DNA of 61,822 nt, counting the filler, from Sphacelaria rigidula (Eukaryota): assembly GCA_964200075.2 (NCBI GenBank). It is 11 parts of 11 records of this genome, joined end to end, with 100 filler letters (N's around TTAATTAATTAA, not from the genome) between each part and the next. Parts side by side here need not be neighbours in the genome. Positions count along the whole stretch, not along the records: positions 11,261 to 16,790 come from CAXNAA020026594.1; positions 16,891 to 22,419 come from CAXNAA020026595.1; positions 22,520 to 28,048 come from CAXNAA020026596.1; 8 more parts are not named here. One strand, written 5' to 3'. The translations under genes were made by a program, and so were the position numbers. Under the pieces are notes generated by a model that had not been told where the DNA came from, did not search any database, and saw only the letters and a program-made list of their open reading frames with translations. Below, in pieces: positions 11,376 to 22,612 of the stretch; position 1 is the stretch's first letter; each line of letters opens with the position of its first letter.

Positions 11376-12490
11376 TTGCAGGATCTGGCAAGGGCGCCCC
11401 CGCGGACATATCTTGAGGTGGTGACAGGCAGGGGAACAGGTGAGGCGGCGGCGGCGCCGAGGAGAGCGCCACGCGCTGGTGTCGGCGCCGACGGGGGGCT
11501 CCAGACGACTCCACCTTCGTCTTTCGCGGCATCATCAGAGAGCGGGAGCGTGGACACAGCGGCGGCGGCAGAACCATATTCACCACGTGCGTGGGGGGGG
11601 CACCGTTCAATTGGTGACTTGCAACCCCATCTATTGTGGTGGCGTGATGGCAAGGGGCCTGACCGGAGCATCCATAGCGCAGTCGGACCCGGCATAGGTG
11701 AGGGGGAGATGTCCGTAGTGCACTTCATCATTCACTCCGGGACGTTATTTCAGAAGCATTTGAAGAAATGGCTCGTGACTTCCACTGATACTGATCAGTG
11801 GATACTTGTCCTGTTGGCCATGTCCTGCGGGCATATCGAGCCACAAGGCTCCAACGGGGTGCAGGTGACTGTCAAACACATTGTGAACGGAGACCCCCGG
11901 TACATACTAGTGAACAGGGTATACAGCGCCATCGTGACTCTGAGGGACGGGAGCGAAAGTGCGTGGCCTCCCGACTGACTGTATGATTGGCTGACGCATC
12001 CTGTAAAGGTGGCGCTGTTCGTTTTCACCTATCTGTTGGCTGGCTGCGACTTCCTGCTGCGTGTATCCGGGATTCCCTTCCCCAAGATGTGGGAATTCGT
12101 TCTGAAGGCACTGAGAACGCGGAATCTGTTCACGGAAGCGATAGTGGTGATCGACGAGGGTAAGGCGAGGGTAGAGGTGGACGAGGGGGTCAAGCTACTG
12201 GCCACGATCTTTTTCTTCAAGTATGAAAACGTATTTGCGCAAGTCGGCGCGCATCCTGGACATCTCTTCATCACGACCGGGCAGAATTGTGATGGTAAAT
12301 GACTGAGGGCCTGAATTAAAACTAGTTTCCTTGTGGATACGCAGATGGTCCCCAGAAACGACCAGCGGGTATGGAAGGATTCTAGTTGAATGTGCGTTTG
12401 TAAGGCAGGATTCGATTCCCTGTATTATCGCCGCTGCGGGTTGAAGGCAAAAGGATTGTACCCGATTAGTCGCGTGTACCTGTCGCTATT
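11376..12490 (+). pseudogene. Intronless PIN-like (XRN/FEN1/XPG-type) 5' nuclease with C-terminal CXC-like motif, disrupted
   Basis: One frame carries GIGEGEMSVVHFI, VTSTDTD and YLLAGCDFL with an in-frame TGA at 11976. The same frame later gives MCVCKAG...RRCG (from 12390), and the +1 frame continues DCTRLVACTCR. Confidence 0.65.
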
Positions 12491-15400
12491 ACAGCCTTGA
12501 TTACCTAAAGGTACGGCGCGTCACGGTGATTTTGTATTATGACAAGATTGTAAGCAGGGCAGGCGGATGTATGGGCAGCTGCCCTACCCCCCTGCCCCAC
12601 TCGAAAACCTCGACTACAGTCTTCAGGCATAATTGGATATAAAGAAGAGCTTTGCTCATCAGCTACCTACCGATCTCCTGTCTTCAGTGTCGCGAGTCCA
12701 CAGCCTTATTGACGTGAGTCTTAGCTGTGCTGTACTATCACCCTTATTCACCATTGTTACTTGTTTGCTGGCTGTGGGGCTGTTCCCACTTAGGCAGCTG
12801 GGCTATTGTATTGAGAGAGTGAAACACACGGTTTGAGAGTAACAAGTCAATCCAGGACCGCGACATACACCTCACAAGGGTGTAGCTTGCTTGCGTCCGG
12901 GGAATACGACACTACTGCTTGCGATTATTGCTTATACTTCCACATTCATGGGGCTTCAGAGGTAGCTTGTGACCTCAAGCTGTACTGTTTTTCTCTCCGT
13001 GGACTACTGTTGTAAGCGTTCCAGCCACCACAACTCTTCGTTGGTTTGTTGTTTTCAAGCCCTGTATTTTCGGTCTTTCATTTTCACTTGATATTTGTGT
13101 ATACGATTTACGGTGTAATACACCAAGGTAATAAGACAGCGTCTTGGACAGCTGTTGTTGTTTTTTACCCGAAGTTGGACATACATTCAGACACGAATTC
13201 GCTGCAGGTCTGGGATGTGCCACACGGTACCCACGTTGGTTTCAGGCAGTGGCGACCGAACCATGAGGCGCTTCAGGTATGAACGCACACGCAAGCGCTC
13301 TCTTGTTGCACAGGCATATTTCCCCCAACCTGCAGGTCATATCGACGGTAGAAGCCAAACCACTGTGGCGGATGCGCTCTCTCTGGCAACGTTTTACTCT
13401 GCACAGAGAACGCATCGCGTTTTCATGCTCACTCGATCTGAAGTGCCGTGTCCTTTTTCACCCACGGACGGTTCTCGGATAATAGAGTCGCTCACGCGTT
13501 CCTTGTTTAGATACGCTCCTCGAGAGTCCGTAGCTTTTTCACCGCCCTCCCGACCACCTGCCCCCGCAAGCGCCCCTGCTCACAGTCCGTCGATTCTGTA
13601 TCAACTGAATCGACCGACATGTGTCCAAACACGCGCCGATTCATGCTTGCAGGTAAAGAGTTCGCGGGCCATTTCAATCGCCGCCCGCTGCACATACGAC
13701 TTTTCTTGCCCAAACCCAAAATATTGAGCCACCATGCGCCCCTAATTATATCGATGCGGGATGATGGACCAGGATAAGGATGTGGTTCGTACACGAGAAT
13801 GATTGAACACGACGATGCGCGAGGCTCATGTTACTTGTACACAAGCGCTCGACCCTGTACTTTTGTTACTTTTGTACGGCACCACTGTATACTGCAGTTT
13901 GATTGCCGCCCCACCAAACACGCACTACAGTACATACTTGGTCGTCCAGAAGGCGACCCACCTCTCCCGTTGAAATACTGTTCCGAATTGAAGTACGGAC
14001 GACAGTACAGCACCATTTCAATTACAAACGGCCCCAGCGGGGAATATCTTGCGGACGGTGAAGTGCCGTACTGTAGCACGCGTTGGTACTGCTACACTAT
14101 CTGAACGAAGTCATCTATAATGCATTGTAGATATTAACACGGCGCGGGCATAACGTTATGTCGGATTTGTTTTTCATGTGATACGAACAAATTGACCCCC
14201 GCTACCCCACGCGAAGGATCATATGTACTGTATTGTGCCTCACAGTATTTTGCTGTCTGATGCTTTGTACGCTGCAGTTGTACTGCACTACATGATCGTA
14301 TTCCGGTTGCGCTTGTACATTTGTCTAACTGCACGAGGATATGTGACCGGTCCCCCGGCTCGGCTATTTTAAGCGAACTACGCGGTACTGTCTAAGTAAC
14401 GCCAGTCGCGCTGATTTTGCCTCTGGACATACGGCATCCGATAGTTTGTTTGTTTTTCTCTAAACTCAACATGTCCTCAAGACAGAACTGAGCAGTAGAC
14501 GTTGCGGCTCGCTGCGTCCCACACGTATACCCCTCCATGGCATGCAGGTTTGTTAATGCGCTGTTGCGCTGGTGACAGACACTGCATGTCTATTGCTTGT
14601 GACAACCTTCGTGTTCTTGTCTCTTGCTGTTACAATTTATTCCAACACACACACACCTACGGTTTGTTGTGTGCCTTCGACATATTTGTTTTTCTTCCTC
14701 TCTTGTCTGCACCTGATTGACAAGGTAGTCGACCCCATGCATGTGCGGAGTGCGCGGAACTACATCTCGATCGACTGTCGACAGTACCCCGCCACTCTAT
14801 TCTTTTTTATTTTTGTTCACGCCGCCTCAGTCCTCAACTACGATGCTCAATTCCACTTCGAAACGTTCACTTTTCAACCTCTGCGTCTCTACGTTACCGG
14901 ATTGGCGCAAATTGCGCAGGTGTACAAGCAATGTCTGATATCAACCGCCCTTCGACTTCATCGAAACACGATGTCACGAAGAACGGTGCGATCCCTACAG
15001 ACAATGGTGAAAACAACCGTACAGCCAACCAAAATCATGCGTAGTGAGACGGTTGGCAAAAACAAACCGGAACGTTTTGATGTTGATGATAGCGTCGTTG
15101 TAGGACGTGTTTTCAGCGAGGTGAGTGTGGATGAAAACAATCCTCCACACGCTGACCCTGAACCCGTAGGTGCCACTCCCCTGTACACCAACCAGCCACT
15201 CAAACCGCTGACGGTGTTCCCACTCTTCATTCTCATATGGCATCTCCCCAAGTGACCCCTACACCCAAACCGGTGCTGAATCCTGTAATAGCCCCACTCT
15301 GGCTGTTGATGACCAGCCCAAGCCAGAACAATCCCCGCCCACGCGTGACGAAGCATATTTCCAGCTCAAGCAAACTTCCCCAGCCCCCATTCCCCTGCGT

Positions 15401-17693
15401 TGGTACAATTTTTCGTTAATTGAACGAAAAAAAATAAGTGCTGGGACTAGATTAATAAGAGTAATCTAGCACAGCTTGAACATGCGTTGAGGGAATCTGC
15501 CCGTCTACAGGCGGATCTACATGAGGGTTTCTCAGGGGTACAAGAGCCCACGCAGGCCCCCGTGAGATGAATGTCCATCCCGAGAACAAGCCAACAGAAC
15601 AAAATGAACTAGAACGCGCTATACGCAAATCCACGAAGACTCTGAAAATTGCGGAGCAAGAATATAAGCTGTTGAAAGACATTTGGAAGCTTCGCGTCAT
15701 TTTGGACTATGTTGGCAAGTCTGGCAATCACAACTGCGTTCGTACGGTCGCCTGCTCCGCCCTCAAGGCAAACTGATTCACCGCCTGACCCACCTGACCT
15801 GGCACACGTCCAACCACATGCACCGGCCCACTCACAAAACGGTAGACGTTTACACATAAGTGGACCTAGTGCCGCGGCTGAACCCCGCCAGGGCGGTACC
15901 TACCCACACAGCACTGATGCTCACCTCACACCTTGGCAACCTTTTGGGAACGTTCTACAAGTTGCGGAGATTCCAAATAGCATACAGTGGGGTAACCCAG
16001 GACGCGTTGCTGAGTCCAAAAGGTAAGCCCCGCCACCTCCCTATTTATTTTTCTACTTCTGTGAGTCAGTTCTGATTTAGTTGGTACAATCCCACAATTA
16101 GAAATATGCGATGGCCAGTAATTCACTGCAAAAGTACCCAACACTTTCATGTCAGCAATTTGTTTTCGCTCGGCCAGGTCACGCACATCGCACGAACGAA
16201 TCGACGGTGGCCACCGCGGGTTCAACCATGTGGTGTGGGTTCCCTGGATATGCTGACACTGCCTTGAAGGGTTCCAAGACAGTGGAAGCCCGTGCACCGT
16301 TGCATGGCTAATCAATTGAGCTGTGACCAACCCCAAACGTTCTAATCCTGGATTTGATCACCCAGTTTTACATGCACCCGGTACTAATCATATTCAATCG
16401 AACCCCTTCTCTTCGGGGGAGAGGAAGTCATCTAGTGCAGTTTCTACCGCATCAGGAGCCGAAATATCTTGTGGTACGGTAGTCGCTGTCCCTTCGCCTG
16501 TTCAGTGGAGGACACCAAATTCGAAGTCACACACTCGAGCACCCCCCAACTGGTCAAGTGCCCGGCTAACCACCCTACCGAGTTTCGCAAAAACTACGGT
16601 ACCCGGTTCCCTTTTGTTTGATGAGCGTAATTAGTCCTTGAAGGGTCGCAACCGCAAAGAACCCATGCTTTCCGTCGCTCAGCGGGTTGGAATGGAACCC
16701 CAAGTGACAGCGACTCAGGTGGTGCGCCAAGAGCGTGACCTAGGTTCGACTGTCCAAGAACTCATTTCAATAGCTCCTGGAGCCGCCGATNNNNNNNNNN
16801 NNNNNNNNNNNNNNNNNNNNNNNNNNNNNNNNNNTTAATTAATTAANNNNNNNNNNNNNNNNNNNNNNNNNNNNNNNNNNNNNNNNNNNNTGTTCTGGTT
16901 CTGGCTGGCATGTTGTGGTATCGGATGTGGTTGGGGGGTGGGGGGGGGGGGGGGGGGGGGGGGGGAGGGGGGACTGAATGAAAAAAGAAAAAGTAGGCAA
17001 AGCACCATTAAAAGAACGGGTCAAGTGTATTCATGTCGAAATAATGTTCGATAATACTTGCAGTAGCCTTCATGCCACAAATTCGAAAGCACTATCCCTT
17101 CGAAATTGCAATACTGCTGGTGCTACCGCATGCAGCACTGCCGTGAAACCTTCATCCCGAATATGCCCGGACCATGCTGGCTTGCTCTCGTTTCCCCTTC
17201 GTTGCTTGCAACTTGAATGGAATCACCATCTAATGCCGACACCGACCAAGCTCTGAAAGCCCCAATGAAGCTTGAGTTTGCACCAAGGCCACATGTTAAG
17301 CCCCGATTTGTGCTGTACCAGAGTCATTTCTTTCAATCCTTCAACCTTGACCCCTTGCTCATACTTCGGCACGGGGGAAATTCACGCAAAAGTATGAGGT
17401 ATGTTGAAAACAAATAGCGTTGGGTTAAGATGTTTTGGGAGCGAGCATGGCTTACGATGTGATGCCATGAAGCTAAAGTTGTAGTTGTTGGTGCGTGGGG
17501 AATCGGCACTACTGTTAGATTTCGAAGCTTCTAGCCAGTCGAAACTCCTCACTGCGGACATACGACTGATCATTCGCAACGCATACCTATGCTAGTTACC
17601 TACAGTTTCTTCATTAGTTCTTGGAGCACATAATATCAGTGATGAACGTCCGGCGTGCTACAAAGAAAATTCGTGCTATGCAGTACAAGATCT

Positions 17694-18195
17694 CAAGGGC
17701 AGGTCGGGTAGGGTGTGCACTTTCGAATCCTAGGGTGAAATACCCGGGTATCTACTTTACCCCAGGTTTGGGTAGTTTGGGTACGGCCTCAAACACTTTA
17801 CTCAAGGGTTTGGATAGATTGGGTACGACCTCAAATTACTCCACCACAATTTTGGGTAGTTTGGGTGTGATCTCAACACTCTACTCAAATATTGGGTAAG
17901 CACTCTCAGCAATACCTGGGCATAGAGTGTCACTTGGGTGTGACCTCAATACCCTGCCCAAAGTTTGCGTAATTTGGGCACGATACTTATTAGCTACCCA
18001 ACTTTTGGGTCGATTGGGTAGGACCTGAAATACTCTACCGAAATTTGGGTAAACACTCTCACGTATCACTCGGGTATTGACTCAATACGCTATCCAAAAG
18101 GTGGGTGAGTTGGGTACAATCTATGATCCTCTACCCAAATTTTGGGTACATTGGGTACGATTTCAATACTCTACTGATACCCAAATGTTGGGTGA
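17694..18195 (+). mobile_element. hAT-like element end with degenerate ~45-bp internal repeats
   Basis: Starts CAAGGGCAGGTCG, as does 18440-18643, then repeats ttgggta...ttgggtacgacctcaa.actctac. Ends where a Harbinger-like MITE fragment begins (~18196). Confidence 0.6.
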
Positions 18196-18439
18196 GGGCG
18201 TGTCTTAGCACATCATTCTTCAATCGACACAACGTGCAGTGGAATTGATGTGAGTGAATTCGTTCCTTTTCTGCGAGTTGGGTCGAAGCTTTCGATCGAA
18301 AAAAGAGTGAAATTCGTGAAGCAGTGGAGGCTCTGACTCAGCCACAGGCTCCACGCCCCCTCCCTCGCTCCCCGAACCGATTACCAGTGGTCAACTCGCG
18401 GCTTTTTCGTAGCTGTTCTCGAGTTGTTTTGGAGCTTTT

Positions 18440-18643
18440 CAAGGGCAGGTCGAGTAGAGTGTACTCGATTATGGGGTATTTTGAAATTCGTACTTCAAGT
18501 ACTCAAATTGGGGTAGGGTGTTGGGAGTCGTACCCCCAAAATAACTGGAAAGCGACCCCGAACACGCTACTCCAATTTGTGTACTTTAAGGACGACCTTC
18601 AAAATACCCCGTAATTGAGTATACTCTACTCGACCTGCCCTCG
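18440..18643. mobile_element. hAT-type MITE with 8-bp TSD
   Basis: ~45-bp TIR (AGGGCAGGTCGAGTAGAGT.TACTC.ATTA.GGGGTATTTTGAA). Flanks GAGCTTTT (18432-39) and GAGTTTTT (18644-51) match at 7 of 8 bases. Confidence 0.8.
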
Positions 18644-19334
18644 GAGTTTTTACACCTCTAGGTTCGAACGATCAGACCTCCCAATTCGAACGACTACACT
18701 TCCAAACTCATCAACACGGACATTGCAGAGTAATACAGTCACCTTCGTCCACCAGTCCGTCCCGCCATCCCAGCGGACTACAAGCACCCCCAGCACGGAT
18801 CCAATGCAACCTTCGGTGACACCGTCTGCTAAATACATCCCGGAACGGGCCTTTTTTGCACGCTAGTTACCTGGCGTTGGTTGACACAATTTTACATGTA
18901 TTGGTACCCCTAACCTTAACCCCAACCCAACGCATACGGAGAACCCTCGGGCAAGGGCGGTACATAGCATTCCCTAAGCAAAGTGCGGCCTTGATAGACC
19001 CCAAATCGGCGCCCGTGGCGCCGATTTCAACGAGAGCGCGTTCTGCGCACGCGAGGAGCACACGGGTCGTCAGCCCTTATCAAGATCCGATTATCGTTGT
19101 ACACACTCAAATCAAGTAATATCAAACATGAACAAGTGTAGCCCAGCGCCGGTAAACTCTACTGCTTCTCTGCGTGTCTTTGGATAATAAGAAGGAGCAG
19201 CTGGGGTGTGGTGGAACCGGCTAAATGTGTAGCAAACCCCCATCCCACCCTCGCCCCTGGCTGTTTTGACTGATATTGGAGATTTTGAGCTGCGGAGCCT
19301 GTGAAACTATGTGCGATGAGCGCCTCCTTGCTTA

Positions 19335-20108
19335 TGGCGTGTCTTGGGCGTGTCTTGGGCGTGTCTTAGCACTTAGAACATTATTTTTCGATCGAAAATG
19401 TGCGGTGGGAAAGGAAAACTCCGATCTGATAGGTCGTAGTTTCAACCATCGTCGTTTATTTTGAAGATGGTAGAAAATCACGATCAGATCGGGATTTTTG
19501 CCCTCCACTGCACAATTTAATCGAAAAATGATGCGGCAAGGCTAACTCCAATGGGAGCCGTTCAAAACTCCAGTCGAAAACTGGCTTTCGGACCCTTCTC
19601 CGTCCATTTATGCTCGCAAAGAGGGCTGGGCGGATGTTGACGCCTTTTCAATAAAAACCGGTCAGGTGATGAAAATTCCCCCCTGTTTTTTGATCGCTTG
19701 ACCGTTTTTTTGTTAAAAATCCGTGTTCGGCTGAAAATGAAAGTGTGGCCAGCGGGGAATGCAAAGTTGCCCTGGAACGGTCTCGATGAGTAGAGCAAGT
19801 CGTTCCAAGGCGTCAACATCCGCCCAGCCCTCTTTTCGGGCGTAAATCGACGGAGAAGGGCCAAAAAGGCAGCTTTGAACAGGAATTTTGAACGGCTCCC
19901 ATTACAGTTGGCCTTCGACACGGCCTTAGCTCATCACTTTTCGATCGAAAATGTGCGGTGGAAGAGGAAAACTCTGATCTGATAGGTTGTGGTTACAACT
20001 ATTGTAACTTTTGTTGACGATAGTTGAAATCACGAATCTTATCAGATCGGAAATCTTGTTTTCCACCGCGCTTTTTTCGATCGAAAAATGATGTGCTACG
20101 GCACGGCC
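19335..20108. mobile_element. Cluster of palindromic PIF/Harbinger-like MITEs (family A)
   Basis: Two ~185-bp palindromes with GG(G/C)CGTGTCTTAGCACATCA-type TIRs; TTA at 19332, 19926 and 20109. Partial copies at ~2955-3055 and ~18196-18245. Confidence 0.75.
19540..19913. mobile_element. PIF/Harbinger-like MITE (family B) with ~105-bp TIRs
   Basis: GGCTAACTCCAATGGGAGCCGTTCAAAA...GAGGGCTGGGCGGATGTTGACGCCTT is inverted at 19806-19913. Confidence 0.85.
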
Positions 20109-21884
20109 TTATTCTGCAAAAGTGAGGGGGGCGATCATCAAAACAACCTGCTCAAAGAAGGCGTGGTGAGAGTGACAAAAGGAACTGAGGATGCACCCAC
20201 CTGCTGTCCAACGTTCGACACGCTCGGATGAAGTGAGATGTTTGTCTGGAAGGGTAGCCACAACTCGGGCACACTTCACTTACAGGCGATCGCCCGTGCG
20301 GAATACGTGTAACAAAGTAGAGAGGAGCTACTTCTCTTCCGAAGGTACAGGATGTAGATTTTGTACGAGTATCTTCAAACGACATGTTGTATGCTACGGT
20401 ACGTGAGTTTACCCGAGACGTTCACAGCTTCACAAGTGGATGTACGGACATGAAGCGAAACCGATGGAAAGACAGCTTGTTGAGAGTTAAAAAGAAAATA
20501 GGCAGCATCCAAGGGCTGCTGCACGACGGGGAACAACGGGTCCGAGGCGGACAAGTGCTCACCGGCTGGATGAAATACTGCACCTACTGTGCTATCGGAG
20601 GTGCGCAGTCCAACTGGACGAAGGCGCAGCAACATTTACAGTAGGTACTGTAAGACTTTCGCAATAAATCAAGCCGCAATTGTGAGAAGTTGCAAAGTTG
20701 CAACGGTGCGCGGAACCACGTCGTATTATGTCCGTTTAGCACAAATAATAATGCCAACAATGCCAAACGATGGCTGAACATCGACTAAGGCGGTAGATCA
20801 TGCTGTGCCATCCAGAGGGAGCGTACACGCGAGGCACAATGCCTCCATGATGTACCGTATCCCTGGCAGCATAGCTGCTGCAACACGACCGCTTCGTATC
20901 TCTGCGGGGTTGCAGTGTCGTCCGTGAAAGGTTCAGCCCTCTGTTTCACTTACCTTGATGCCCAATGCGTTGAATCGAGAAGCTCGCCTAAGATAATCGA
21001 TTTGCTCACAAACCGCCCCCCACACGCCTGTACTCTTAGAGCGTCTCATCCTGCTGTCTTCCCCGTCGGTAGCAGCTGCGGTATTGGCATCGCGATAATC
21101 CGATAAACCGAGAGATTAATTTTATTGTGTATTAAACCCATTTCGTACACATTCAGACCCACGGTCAAATATAATGCGCTCAATGTAGTAGTAGCTCCAG
21201 TAGTATAAGTTAACCAATCTTAACGTCAAACACAAACTCGCAAGTGTTTCATGGGAAGCCTCACGACAGGTATGAACTCCCTCGCTTTTCCCTATGGCCG
21301 CCTAACAAGTAACGCGAAGTATTGGGTCGGTCAGCAACAACTTTGGTGGTCACGGTTACAAGACGGTTACGAAACGTGTTTTGTGTCCCTTGTCGTCGAA
21401 CCGGAACTTCGTCAAAGTTTTCTGTCTCCCGTCGGGTCTTCTGCTATTTACATGTAGCACTGGCAGTATCATATTGTTTGGGTGTGGAGTGCCAAGGCTG
21501 CCTGTGTATTGTATATTGCGGCATATCCACACGTCTTCGGATCGCGCATCTCATGGCGTGTGGCAGGACATCTCTACGAAATACACCATGCCACGGTGAC
21601 AAAGCCAGCTCGTCGGGCAGTTCAACTACTATAAGTGAGCAGCGAATCCCGCGATACTGAGGAGTAGCCTGTGTCGTACTGGTGCAGGAACTTTTATCGG
21701 CTAGGTGATCTTGTGGCGAACGGCAGTAGGAGTGTGGACTCACCGTCCACGATGGCGTCACCCGAGCCCCACCACTCATGATTATTGCACCTTGCTGCTT
21801 CCTCATTGCTAGTACTTGCAGCGGCATCAACAACGCGCTTCTACAGCGGGAATATAAGACGTATATACGCCACATACATTCGTC

Positions 21885-22092
21885 ATGACATCTTCCAACG
21901 ACGCTAGGCGAGCGAGACCATGGGACCTCGCAGCTCGCAGCAAAGAAATAAAACAGCGGCTATCGACTTCGTCCTTCGGCACAGGAGGACCAGACCAGAG
22001 GGACTGGAGCCTCTCTAGCACGCAGCCGCGACCTACGGGATTTGGCGCCTACGACCCTGCCCAACGCAAAATTAACCTTGAGATGAAAAAAG
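21885..22092 (+). CDS. Probable first exon of an unidentified protein
   Basis: ATG-initiated MTSSNDARRARPWDLAARSKEIKQRLSTSSFGTG...NLEMKK ending at a good donor AG|GTGCGT. Confidence 0.5.
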
Positions 22093-22351
22093 GTGCGTGA
22101 GGGAACTACCACATACAGAGGGGAAATTCCCACGAGTGTCCGTCGAGGTGTTACCTTTTCACATTGGCGACACCAGTGAAATGGCTCGTACGCTTCATGA
22201 ACTGAAGGTCCCTGGTTCGAATCTCGGCTCTCATCAAAAAGCGACTTGACGTTAGTTCGGGACAAGTAGTCGTAAAAATGGTGAGGGACCACACAACTGG
22301 TGGATGACTTCGAAGCAGAGATCAGAGACTCACGGGAAAATCTTTGTGGAG

Positions 22352-22419
22352 GAGTGATGCTACGGTAGGGGTACAGAAATAATTTCTGAGGTTAGAATTG
22401 TTAGGAGCCTCTTATCTCA
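22352..22419 (-). mobile_element. End of a Sola-like MITE
   Basis: GAGTGATGCTACGGTAGGGG...tgaggttagaa...ttatctca matches the reverse complement of the right end of 50900-51154. Confidence 0.75.
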
Positions 22420-22612
22420 NNNNNNNNNNNNNNNNNNNNNNNNNNNNNNNNNNNNNNNNNNNNTTAATTAATTAANNNNNNNNNNNNNNNNNNNNNNNNN
22501 NNNNNNNNNNNNNNNNNNNCCCTGTACTTACTCCCTCCCCCCTCCCCGCTCCTCTCCTCTGCACAACTGGTGCCCCCCCCCCCCCCCCCATATTGCCGAT
22601 GCATGTCCGCAC

